Shown here: one piece after another, positions 46,139-54,367 of the stretch
Layout: each line of letters begins with the position of its first letter
Numbering within the stretch: the stretch's first letter is position 1
Virus record (IMG/VR): IMGVR_UViG_3300029893_000005
Location: 7,904-71,903 of that record
Origin: a virus
Length of the DNA: 64,000 bases
Strand: one strand, 5' to 3'
Position numbers and translations under genes: made by a program
The notes under the pieces: generated by a model
Told to the model about the DNA's origin: nothing
Databases searched by the model: none
Seen by the model: the letters and a program-made list of their open reading frames with translations, nothing else

Positions 46139-46951
46139 TTACATCATCTCCCTCGACACCCACTGATGGGCCTGTTCCAAGAACCTGCAACCACACTCGC
46201 TCGGCTCCACGTACCGGGGCTCGAACGGAGGAGCGGCTGGTCTGCGGCACTCGTGACGGATGATGCGGGTGCGGCAGCCCGCCCCCCGCAGGATGTGCTC
46301 GATCTCGCCCTCGGCCTTTCGCCCGGCCAGATCCGCGTCCAGGAAGATCGCCACGTTCGTCCAGCCGCGGCGCAGGATGCCGGTGACGTGGGCCTGCGAC
46401 ATCTGCGTCCCTAACAGCGAGACCGCTCCGTGCCCGATGCACATGGCGTCCCACACGCCCTCCACCAGGATGACGCGGGGCCCCGGCCACAGCACCGGCT
46501 CGTACCAGTACGACGCCTTGTTGGTGCCGGGCAGCACCACCCAGCCGCCGTCCCGAATGCTGCGGCGGTGCCAGGACGGGTGGTACCCCGCCAGCGGGGA
46601 TGTGATCCGCACGTATAACATCTGCTGGCTCGGGGCGTAGCGGATATCCGGGTGATCGACGGGCACGCCCTTCTGCTCCAGGAACTCCTCCGCCTCCGGG
46701 TACAGACTGGGTTCGTATAGGTCGGGGATCTGCGCCAGGATGCCGGGCTGCTTCTTCGGCCTGAAGGTCAGGTCCAACTTGTCGAACTCCCGAGAGCCGG
46801 CGCGGATTTTGTGGTGGCAAAAGAAGCACCACGCCGCCTTCTTGTCAGGGTTGCAGTGGAACTTCTCGTGCCCGCACCTGGGGCACGGCACCACGATCTC
46901 GGTGCCACCCTCCACCAGTTTCCCGCGGCGCAGGAGATTCTTAATCCCCAT
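46139..46951 (-). CDS. DNA primase (zinc finger + TOPRIM)
   Basis: CPRCGH...CFFC; ILVEGVWDA; FLDAD.AG. Confidence 0.8.
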   Translation of the reverse strand: MGIKNLLRRGKLVEGGTEIVVPCPRCGHEKFHCNPDKKAAWCFFCHHKIRAGSREFDKLDLTFRPKKQPGILAQIPDLYEPSLYPEAEEFLEQKGVPVDHPDIRYAPSQQMLYVRITSPLAGYHPSWHRRSIRDGGWVVLPGTNKASYWYEPVLWPGPRVILVEGVWDAMCIGHGAVSLLGTQMSQAHVTGILRRGWTNVAIFLDADLAGRKAEGEIEHILRGAGCRTRIIRHECRRPAAPPFEPRYVEPSECGCRFLEQAHQWVSREMM

Positions 46952-47150
46952 CTTGCGGCTCCTCGCTTTCGTGAGTCAGGCGGGCCCCTTTAAGCCACCG
47001 ACTCGTAACCTCCGATGGATAGAAGTAGACGACATAGCACTGAGGGCAATACCACAGGATTGGGCCCAGGAAGGGGGCGGTCTCCCGTACTACAATATCG
47101 CAGCGGGCACACTTCAGTCCGATGGCTTCCGCCAGTTTGTCACTGTTCAC
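46941..47150 (-). CDS. Small zinc-ribbon protein
   Basis: CARC...CPQC; GTG start. Confidence 0.5.
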   Translation of the reverse strand: MNSDKLAEAIGLKCARCDIVVRETAPFLGPILWYCPQCYVVYFYPSEVTSRWLKGARLTHESEEPQDGD

Positions 47151-47362
47151 ACCATCACCTCGGGGATATACATCGTCCCGCAGCGCGTGCAGGCGTAGAC
47201 ACCCAGGCCGTTCAGCCAACCGAACAACTGCGTGCTCGGCCGGCAACATATCTGGCACTTGAACTCCCCAGTCCAGCCGCGCCCCAGGCATGGCTGACAG
47301 AGACGGGCGGAGTTCCCGTCGTACCGGCTGCCGTTGCAGGCTTCGCACTTCTCGATGCTCAC
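47147..47362 (-). CDS. Small DnaJ-type zinc-finger protein
   Basis: CEACNGS, CQPCLGRG, CQIC, CTRCG. Confidence 0.55.
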   Translation of the reverse strand: MSIEKCEACNGSRYDGNSARLCQPCLGRGWTGEFKCQICCRPSTQLFGWLNGLGVYACTRCGTMYIPEVMV

Positions 47363-47976
47363 GCCGCACCCTCCAGCGCCGCGTAGAAGTCGTCGTGGGC
47401 TCGAAGGAATTCCCGCATCCGCTCCTCCGTTGCGGGGATCATCAGCGACCCCGGCCACGCCGGCGACAGTTCCCAGCGCACCGCCTTCGCTGCCCAGTCA
47501 TCTCCGAAGTAGAGCAGCATGGTCGGGAATGGGGCGCTGCCCTTCGGGTCCGGCTCCCCGCCGGGCTTGATGAAGCGGATGCGTCTCTTCATAAAGACGG
47601 TGAAGCCGGCCCGCACCAACCCGTGCTCGTGCTGGTACTTGGCCTCGGTACGAGCCGGCACGATGGCCCAGATGCGGGCACCCGCGTCAGCCTCCTCGGA
47701 CATCTTCTGCATGAATTTCGACAGTAGATCCCCGTACGGGGGATTCACCCATACCAGCGGGACCGTGCGGGTCATGACCCCCGTCCACGGTAGTGCGAGA
47801 CCGTCGTGCTCGGGGTAAGTGTAGTGGACATCCGCAGGGATGTTCTTCTCCGAGCAGCAGGGGTCCAGGTCGAACTCCGTCCGGCCCTCGAACTCCAGCA
47901 GAGCGTTGACGAGTTCGGGCGGGGTCATCCAATCATCGCGTTCGGACGAATATAGCCCCGGGTTTATCTTACTCAC
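47359..47976 (-). CDS. Phage N6-adenine DNA methyltransferase (Dam_phage type)
   Basis: SS..DDWMTP, FDLDPC, VWVNPPYG, VPART motifs; GTG start with GAGGAG SD. Confidence 0.9.
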   Translation of the reverse strand: MSKINPGLYSSERDDWMTPPELVNALLEFEGRTEFDLDPCCSEKNIPADVHYTYPEHDGLALPWTGVMTRTVPLVWVNPPYGDLLSKFMQKMSEEADAGARIWAIVPARTEAKYQHEHGLVRAGFTVFMKRRIRFIKPGGEPDPKGSAPFPTMLLYFGDDWAAKAVRWELSPAWPGSLMIPATEERMREFLRAHDDFYAALEGAA

Positions 47977-48014
47977 GTCTTTGCTCCTCTGCTGGAATCC
48001 GATCAGGACCTTGG

Positions 48015-48329
48015 TCACGACTTCACGGGCCCGCCGTCGAATGCGTGAAAGCACATCATCTGCCCACTCAGGGGGTGGATCATGGTGAAGGTGTTGACGT
48101 GCTTGGTCAGGGGTACGTGAACGTCCACCTCCAGCCCATCCGGAATCATGTAGATGCGGTGCGGCTTGCGATCCCGCTCGGGCACCGGGTTGACCGCGGC
48201 CCACGCCACGATGTAGTGCGTCATCGGCAGTACATCGACGTGCAGTATCTTGAGTACCCGGTCCATCAGCAGGTCGCAGAAGTGTCCCTCCGGGTCCGGT
48301 GGGGGGAGTTGATACTTCATGATCTTCAC
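48015..48329 (-). CDS. Hypothetical protein
   Basis: 104-aa ORF in a coupled operon. Confidence 0.55.
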   Translation of the reverse strand: MKIMKYQLPPPDPEGHFCDLLMDRVLKILHVDVLPMTHYIVAWAAVNPVPERDRKPHRIYMIPDGLEVDVHVPLTKHVNTFTMIHPLSGQMMCFHAFDGGPVKS

Positions 48330-48685
48330 GTCAGGCCGGCCTCCTTCAGGGTCTCGTAGGCCTCCTGCTGGTCCTGGACGTCGGCAGCCTCCAGGACGTG
48401 GCCGAGCAGCAGCAGGCTGTAGAGGATGACGTCCCGCAGCCGGTCCTCGATCGCCTCGCTCTCCGTCTGCCCCTGCCGGCAGTAGTTGAGGATGGCGTCC
48501 CAGTGCTTGTTGGCGTACACGGCCCAGACCTGCTGAGGCGTCAGGCCGAGCGAGGTTGCCGTGCGCTTGAAGTTGGCGAAGGCGTCGTCCTCCCCCCGCC
48601 GGTAGTCCGCACCCTTCGTCTTGTTCAGGACGCGGATGCGCTCGAACTCCTCTTCGAGCAGGGCTCGGAATTCTGCGACTTTCAC
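48326..48685 (-). CDS. DUF1599/nucleotide-modification-associated helical domain protein
   Basis: KGADY...D.FANF...V.....KH.D.I...E.IEDRLRD.I.Y..LL pattern. Confidence 0.65.
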   Translation of the reverse strand: MKVAEFRALLEEEFERIRVLNKTKGADYRRGEDDAFANFKRTATSLGLTPQQVWAVYANKHWDAILNYCRQGQTESEAIEDRLRDVILYSLLLLGHVLEAADVQDQQEAYETLKEAGLT

Positions 48686-48689
48686 AGGC

Positions 48690-48905
48690 TCACTCCTCGT
48701 ACACGTTGTCGTAGCACTCCTCGGCCAGCGACACCAGGGTAGGGTACCAGTCGGGGTTGCTGATGCTCCAAACCTTCTCACCGGGACCCCAGTCCCGGTC
48801 CTCGGGTGGAATCTCCTTCAGGCCCTCCACGAACTGCTTGTTGAAGTCAGACCTGATCTCGAACGTCCCGTCCGGGTTGCTGAAGAAGCGGGCTGTGCTA
48901 CTCAT
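48690..48905 (-). CDS. Stand-alone HARP-like domain protein
   Basis: F..F...FVE.LK.IP...R.W....K.W pattern seen at SNF2/annealing-helicase N-termini. Confidence 0.45.
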   Translation of the reverse strand: MSSTARFFSNPDGTFEIRSDFNKQFVEGLKEIPPEDRDWGPGEKVWSISNPDWYPTLVSLAEECYDNVYEE

Positions 48906-49578
48906 CGGCGATCGCCCTCATGATGGTGCTGTCCGCGGGCGGGCGCTGCGGGACCTCGACGCTCGGGGGAGGATAGTCGTCCGGCAGGCCCTCCGCCTCA
49001 TAGGCTTCGTCAGGTACGTCCTTCAAAGCCTCGGCGGCAGCCTCCCGCTCGGCCTGCATCTTGGCGGCCAGGGCCGCCCCGCGCTCGCTGTTGTTGCTGC
49101 CCTGCGGCTCGCCGGTGTTGGGGTCGAACCACTCCATGTCGACCCGGGTGCCGGGCATGCGGAACTGGGCGGGGATCTGCTGCAGCGCCTGGGCGTACTG
49201 CTGGGCGTAGTGCTCGGCGCCGGCGATCATGTACTCCAGCACCACCTGCACCACCGACGCTGCGAAGGCGATCTCCAGGTGCGGGATGTTGTCCGGCTGC
49301 AGCGGAGCGAAGCCACGAGACACCCCCAGTTTGGCGACAAGCCCGTTGATCTGACCGACCGCGACTTCGTAGTCGGGGGTGCCCGGCTCCAGCCCCTCGA
49401 ACAGCGCCCGCATCGCCGAGGCGTACAGGCGCTGCGTCAGGTCGTGCGCCGACTTCAGGGCGCCCAGGTGGGGGTAGAGTTCCTCCAGCGTGGTGCCGCG
49501 GGGGACGGTGCCGAACACGCCCACCAGTCTCCGCAGTCTCTCGATCGTGGCCGCATCCGGCTGTGTCGTCTGTTCCAT
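48898..49578 (-). CDS. Hypothetical protein
   Basis: 226-aa ORF with AAGGAG SD. Confidence 0.6.
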   Translation of the reverse strand: MEQTTQPDAATIERLRRLVGVFGTVPRGTTLEELYPHLGALKSAHDLTQRLYASAMRALFEGLEPGTPDYEVAVGQINGLVAKLGVSRGFAPLQPDNIPHLEIAFAASVVQVVLEYMIAGAEHYAQQYAQALQQIPAQFRMPGTRVDMEWFDPNTGEPQGSNNSERGAALAAKMQAEREAAAEALKDVPDEAYEAEGLPDDYPPPSVEVPQRPPADSTIMRAIADE

Positions 49579-49587
49579 TGTATGATA

Positions 49588-49956
49588 CTACTCCTTCGAA
49601 CGGGGTGAGGTGGTCGGGGGATGCTCCTGTCCGCAGACCGGGCAGGGCCCCTGCCCGTCGTACTCGACGAGCCGAAGCATGTCCTTGATGGTGGCCGCGC
49701 ACAGCAGGTAGACCGCGGCGTTGCGCACGTTGGTGGTACGGGTCCACTCCTCCAGCATGGTAGCCAGTTTCTGGGCTGCGTCCCTGGCCTCTCGCTGCAC
49801 GCTCTCGACAGTGCGCTCTTTGCCCGACATCTCGGCATCATAGGCCACGAGCGCCTGGGCCGACGCGAGGCACCATTCGCGGATGCTCTGCATCTGGGCG
49901 TAACTCTGCACCACCTTCTCGTGTACGAGGTGAAACAGCAGTTCATCCTTGTCCAT
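49588..49956 (-). CDS. Hypothetical protein with a C-terminal CPVCG knuckle
   Basis: 122-aa ORF. Confidence 0.55.
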   Translation of the reverse strand: MDKDELLFHLVHEKVVQSYAQMQSIREWCLASAQALVAYDAEMSGKERTVESVQREARDAAQKLATMLEEWTRTTNVRNAAVYLLCAATIKDMLRLVEYDGQGPCPVCGQEHPPTTSPRSKE

Positions 49957-51458
49957 TATTCTGGCGCCTCCGGTGGCGCGTCCCCGTCAGCGGGGTACGC
50001 TTGATATTTTCTCTGGGGCCTGTCCCATTCTACCGCACTCTTCCTGCCCGAGTCAATATCTTGTGAAGATTTCTTTCCGTTGTTGCGACGGCGGGACTCG
50101 CGATCCTCACGGACTTCCTTCTCCCGCTCCAACTGCTCGGCCAGGACCTTGGCGATGTTGCGCTGCCGCCCCTCGGGGTCCTCCCGCAGGTCGGCGTTTC
50201 CCCAGTCAGCAATGAAGGGGAGTTCAACTCCCACCCGTCCTCGCTTGTTCTTGAGGGCCGCCAGCCGGCAGCGGGGGGGCTCCATGGCCATCTCGGTCGG
50301 GGTCTGACACAGCGCCAGCCAGAGCGCCGCCGGCCACGTCTTGATGTAGCCCTCAGCCACCTTCTTCAGGGACAGGATCTCCTGCTCCAGGCCGTCCCGG
50401 TTGGTCTGGGTGGCGGTCAGGACCAGGGCGTTGTGAAGTTTGCCCATACGCCTCAGACCCTCGAAGACGTCGCCCAGCCGCAGGTGGTGCTTCTCCTGGG
50501 GGTTGGAGGCCTCCAGCAGGTCCCCGTAGTCCACCACGATGACGTCGACCGGGCCGCCGTCCCGCTCCATCATCCCGACGTAGCCGCGGATGGTACCCAC
50601 CGTCAGCCGCTCCGCCACCAGGGAGGTGAGCACGAGGTTGTTCGGGTTGATGTTGCGCTCCCTCATCCACTCCAGCAGCGCCTCGTGGCGCTCCTGCTTG
50701 GTGTAGGGACGGTCGAGCCCGACACGAGAGGCTCGCCCCAGGAAGCGGCGATCCACTTCGGTCTGGGTGTCGTCGAGGGTGAAATACGCCACTCGCAAGC
50801 CCTGCTCCACGAAGTTGGCCGTGAAGTTGAGGAGGATGTGGGACTTGCCCGCATTGGTGGGGGCCATCACCACCATCAACTCGCCTCGCCCCATACCGCG
50901 GTTGCGCAGCAGGGAGTCGATGGACGGGTACCCAGTGGAGATGACCTCCTCGTCGTCGTCCACCTCCAGGAGTTTCTCCAGGTACTCCGTGCGCAGGGGG
51001 TAGATCAACTTGGTGGCGTCTCGCGCCGACACCAGAGGCTCGATGCGGTCCACCACCGAGCGGGCCTGCTCCAGCAGCCCTACCACGTCGCCTTCGCCGG
51101 CCGACACCGTGTCCGCCAGCCCGGTCAACTCCCGCAGGGCGACGTACTCGGCCACTTCCAGGTAGGACGCCTCGGTCACGTCGAGGGTGTAGAGGTGATC
51201 GACGGCTGCCGTGACGCCGGCCAGGGTCTCTACCGGCTCCCCCACCGGCAGGCGGGAGGACACCAGCGCCAGCAGTTCGTCCCGAGTAGGGGGGCGCTTC
51301 AGTTTCTTGTAGAGGGGGCGGGCCAGCCGGTAGATGACGGCATAGAAGGGGTGCTCGATGTAGTCCGGCTTCAGGACGTCGAGCAGAGCCCCGAAGGCGT
51401 CGGCGTCCCGCAGGACGTATGCCAGCGCACGCTCCTCTCGCGTGACGGTCTCGATCAT
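49956..51458 (-). CDS. Replicative SF4 (DnaB-like) helicase
   Basis: MAPTNAGKS Walker A, VIVVDYGDLL Walker B, TATQTNR, KNKRG. Confidence 0.85.
   Translation of the reverse strand: MIETVTREERALAYVLRDADAFGALLDVLKPDYIEHPFYAVIYRLARPLYKKLKRPPTRDELLALVSSRLPVGEPVETLAGVTAAVDHLYTLDVTEASYLEVAEYVALRELTGLADTVSAGEGDVVGLLEQARSVVDRIEPLVSARDATKLIYPLRTEYLEKLLEVDDDEEVISTGYPSIDSLLRNRGMGRGELMVVMAPTNAGKSHILLNFTANFVEQGLRVAYFTLDDTQTEVDRRFLGRASRVGLDRPYTKQERHEALLEWMRERNINPNNLVLTSLVAERLTVGTIRGYVGMMERDGGPVDVIVVDYGDLLEASNPQEKHHLRLGDVFEGLRRMGKLHNALVLTATQTNRDGLEQEILSLKKVAEGYIKTWPAALWLALCQTPTEMAMEPPRCRLAALKNKRGRVGVELPFIADWGNADLREDPEGRQRNIAKVLAEQLEREKEVREDRESRRRNNGKKSSQDIDSGRKSAVEWDRPQRKYQAYPADGDAPPEAPE
50027..50070 (-). 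promoter_or_regulatory. Internal promoter with operator at the helicase 3' end
   Basis: TTGACT (50051-50056), 18 bp, TAGAAT (50027-50032); ATCTTGTGAAGAT at 50058-50070. Confidence 0.7.
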
Positions 51459-51467
51459 GGGGCGGGC

Positions 51468-52490
51468 CTAACTCTCTTTGAAGTAGGCTTCGCGGGCCTT
51501 GGCTCGGACAGCCTCGTACAGCGCCGCATCTCCCCGCATGGCGGTGCGCAGCGCGGCCCGGGTGTACTTCTTGCCGTCCCACTCCACCGTCTGGTCAGTG
51601 GGCTTCTTCAGCACCTTCTGCTGCTCCAGGAAGTAGATGAGGCCGAGGGCGTTGTCGATGCCTGTCTTGAAGAAGATAGGAAAGTCGGCGGTCAGGTACG
51701 GCGTGGCCACCTTGTTTTTCACCGCCTTCGACACGAGGAAGGCCCCCGCCGGCTTGGCCCCTTCCTTCGCCGGCTTCATCATCTTCAGGCGGGCGATCTT
51801 GATGCGCACACTGGAATAGAAGCGGAGGGAACGCCCGCCTGGGGTGGTCTCGTCGTCGCCGTACCCGAAGCCGCCGATCTTGGAGCGGACCTGATTGATG
51901 AACAGCAGGGTCACCATGCTGCCGTTGATGCGTCGCAGCACCCCCCGCTTGAAGAACCAGGACAGCAGGCCCGCCTCTCCGCCGATGCGGGGCACATCTT
52001 TCACCATGGTCTTCTTGCCGTCCATGCCGCTCTCGGCCGCCACGCTGGCCGCCACGCTGTCGAGCACGATGAGGGTAGGCACCGGGAGGTTGGCGCTACC
52101 GGCCGCCACGGTCTCGATGCTGTCGAGCGCCTCCTCCATGGAGTCGGGCTGGCGTGGGATGAAGTGCTTGGTCTCCTCTTCGGGCAGCCCCAGGTCCTTG
52201 CACCGCTGTGGCGTCAGTGCCGGCTCGGTGTCGAAGTACCAGACGAACCCTCCTGCCCGCAGGCACTGCTTGGCGGCCGACAGGGCGATCAGGGACTTGC
52301 CTGTGCTCTCGCCCCCGTACATCTCGGTGAGCCGCCCGCCGGGCAGCCCCCCTCCGATGCTCCAGTCCAGTAGGTCGCAGCCGGTGGGCATCCAGTACGA
52401 GACGGGAAACATCCCCTTCCCTCGGGAGAGGATGCGATCGACTTGATCTACGAGATCGAGTTCGTCGAGGTTGACTTTTCTGCGCGCCAC
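51468..52490 (-). CDS. recA: RecA/UvsX-like recombinase
   Basis: GGLPGGRLTEMYGGESTGKS, LIVLDSVAA, FINQVR, TTPGGRSLRFYSSVRI. Confidence 0.9.
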   Translation of the reverse strand: MARRKVNLDELDLVDQVDRILSRGKGMFPVSYWMPTGCDLLDWSIGGGLPGGRLTEMYGGESTGKSLIALSAAKQCLRAGGFVWYFDTEPALTPQRCKDLGLPEEETKHFIPRQPDSMEEALDSIETVAAGSANLPVPTLIVLDSVAASVAAESGMDGKKTMVKDVPRIGGEAGLLSWFFKRGVLRRINGSMVTLLFINQVRSKIGGFGYGDDETTPGGRSLRFYSSVRIKIARLKMMKPAKEGAKPAGAFLVSKAVKNKVATPYLTADFPIFFKTGIDNALGLIYFLEQQKVLKKPTDQTVEWDGKKYTRAALRTAMRGDAALYEAVRAKAREAYFKES

Positions 52491-52514
52491 GACAGGGGTA
52501 CCTCCGAAGGAAAG

Positions 52515-52581
52515 TCGGGGCTCGGCTGCGGTTTTTCGCGGACGGAGGGTGTTGTGATGGTTACCCGCAGCCGAGCCCCGA
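52515..52581. repeat. Perfect 17-bp inverted repeat with a 33-nt loop between ssb and recA
   Basis: TCGGGGCTCGGCTGCGG (52515-52531) / CCGCAGCCGAGCCCCGA (52565-52581). Confidence 0.85.
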
Positions 52582-52589
52582 ACGGTTAT

Positions 52590-53552
52590 CTAGTCGTCGC
52601 CCCAGGGCGACTCGTCATCGTCGTCCTCGTCGACCACGCGCTGCTTCTTCGAGGCCGTGGCCTTCGCGGGGACCGGCTTGGCCTTCTTCTTGGGCGGCGG
52701 GGGCTCGTCGTCCTCATCCTCGTCCTCGATCTCCGCCACCTCGTCGTCCTCGTCTTCGTCGTCCTCTTCCCCGAGGCCGGCGTCGTCGAGGTCCTCCCAG
52801 TTGACGATCTTGCTCCACCAGCACCCCTGAAGCAGTTCGAGTAGGTCCTCCCCGTCCATCTTCTTGGTGTTCTTGAACAGCATCTCGTCGAGTTTCGGGT
52901 ACTTCTCGGCGGTGTAGAGGTCGGGGGTGCCGAGCGGCCTGGGTGCTCCGGGCTCGGAGAAGGAGTAGCCGTTGTTGCCCTCCTTCTCCAACTTCAGGTA
53001 GCGGCCTTCCTCGACATCGGACAGGTCGGGGTACTTCTCGAACTTCGCGAGGATGTTCGACATGATGCCGTCCGCCTGGACGATGAGCAGGATGCCCTTC
53101 TCCACCGACTTGTCCGGCACCCACTGCGGGTACTTGGCCGAGCCCTTCGGGTCCGGCTGGGCGCCGATGGCGATCGGGAAGTAGTACCGCTCCCAGGGGT
53201 TCATGATCTTGAGCGCATCCTTCTTCGGGTCGCTCAGTTCGTCGAGCCGCGGCTCCATCATCAGCAGGAGCCGGCAGATCAGGCACTCCTTCCCGTTGCA
53301 CTGCACCCGCATCGGGTCCTTACCCATCTTGATCTCGACGCTGTGGGTGACGACGCGCACGGGGATGCGCTTGGCGTGTCCGGGGAACGGGGGGAGGAAG
53401 CGGATGCGGTACACGCCGGGGCTGAGTTGGGAGGTCTTGACGAACTGGAATTCGTACTTACCCTTCCCCTTGCCGTAGGTCTGTCGCAGGCTCTTGAGCC
53501 TGTCGTCCGCCAGGGACGCCTTCACGGTTGCGGCGTCGAACAACTTGGCCAT
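52590..53552 (-). CDS. Single-stranded DNA-binding protein (gp32-like)
   Basis: RIRFLPP...H...C...C.IC core, DVEEGR.LK.EK, and a very acidic C-terminal tail ending PWGDD; lies next to recA. Confidence 0.75.
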   Translation of the reverse strand: MAKLFDAATVKASLADDRLKSLRQTYGKGKGKYEFQFVKTSQLSPGVYRIRFLPPFPGHAKRIPVRVVTHSVEIKMGKDPMRVQCNGKECLICRLLLMMEPRLDELSDPKKDALKIMNPWERYYFPIAIGAQPDPKGSAKYPQWVPDKSVEKGILLIVQADGIMSNILAKFEKYPDLSDVEEGRYLKLEKEGNNGYSFSEPGAPRPLGTPDLYTAEKYPKLDEMLFKNTKKMDGEDLLELLQGCWWSKIVNWEDLDDAGLGEEDDEDEDDEVAEIEDEDEDDEPPPPKKKAKPVPAKATASKKQRVVDEDDDDESPWGDD

Positions 53553-53612
53553 AGGGCCGTCCTCGCTTTCTTGTCCCCGGCCAGGGGACGTTAGTTCGCC
53601 CCGAGGGGCTTC

Positions 53613-54041
53613 TTACTTGGAGAGGCGGCGCTCCGTCGCCAGCGCGGTCGCCAGCGAGTTCACGCACCGCTCCATGATCCGGAGGGCTTCGAGGCGGCCC
53701 TGCTGGACAACCTCCGCCAACTCCAGACGGTTCACTTCTGCGCAGGCCTCCTGGTACCCTTCGTCGGACTTGATCTTGGCCGAGATAGTGTCCTCGGTCA
53801 GGGTCTTGTCCCCTTCGTCCTTTTGCCGCCGGTACTCCAGGTACAGGTCGACGCGGATCCTCTCGGCATCCTTGTCCGCATCGTTGCGCATCTGCGCCAG
53901 TCCGGCCTTGCGCTGCACCTGCCGCATGAACTCGGCGGGCAGGGTGCGCAGTTTCTCTTCGACGGTGCTCGGATCCCCGTCGATCTCCAGGTACTGTGCG
54001 AACCGCTCACGCTCGTTGTCCTTCCCGTTCTTCGAAGCCAT
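53613..54041 (-). CDS. UvsY-like recombination mediator
   Basis: Helical; LTEDTISAKIKSD..Y motif; located next to ssb and recA. Confidence 0.6.
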   Translation of the reverse strand: MASKNGKDNERERFAQYLEIDGDPSTVEEKLRTLPAEFMRQVQRKAGLAQMRNDADKDAERIRVDLYLEYRRQKDEGDKTLTEDTISAKIKSDEGYQEACAEVNRLELAEVVQQGRLEALRIMERCVNSLATALATERRLSK

Positions 54042-54068
54042 GTCGCTCCTCCTTTTCTTGTGAACTAA

Positions 54069-54097
54069 ATTATATCTTGTGAAGATTTGGCCGTCAA
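54069..54097 (-). promoter_or_regulatory. Near-consensus sigma70 promoter with the operator in the spacer
   Basis: TTGACG, 17 bp, TATAAT; ATCTTGTGAAGAT at 54074-54086. Confidence 0.85.
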
Positions 54098-54100
54098 CCC

Positions 54101-54367
54101 CTACGAGAGGTCCTTCACCTTCACGATGAACTTCTCGCCGAGGGCTTCGACGATGGCGTTGACCTGGGCGCGGGTCACCCGCTTGAACTCGGGTACCTCC
54201 AGGCTGGGCCGATAGACCCAGCGCCCGTCGTGGCTGTCGAGCGGCCACAGGAACTGGAGCACCGCTCCCTTCCGCCGCTTCAGGCTGCGCTCGGTGCAGA
54301 AGTCGACATACTGTCCCTGCCGCACCTCGATCTTCTGGCTGTTGATCTTCAGGATCGCCTGTCTCAC
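54101..54367 (-). CDS. Hypothetical protein
   Basis: GTG start overlapping the polymerase stop codon. Confidence 0.55.
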   Translation of the reverse strand: MRQAILKINSQKIEVRQGQYVDFCTERSLKRRKGAVLQFLWPLDSHDGRWVYRPSLEVPEFKRVTRAQVNAIVEALGEKFIVKVKDLS

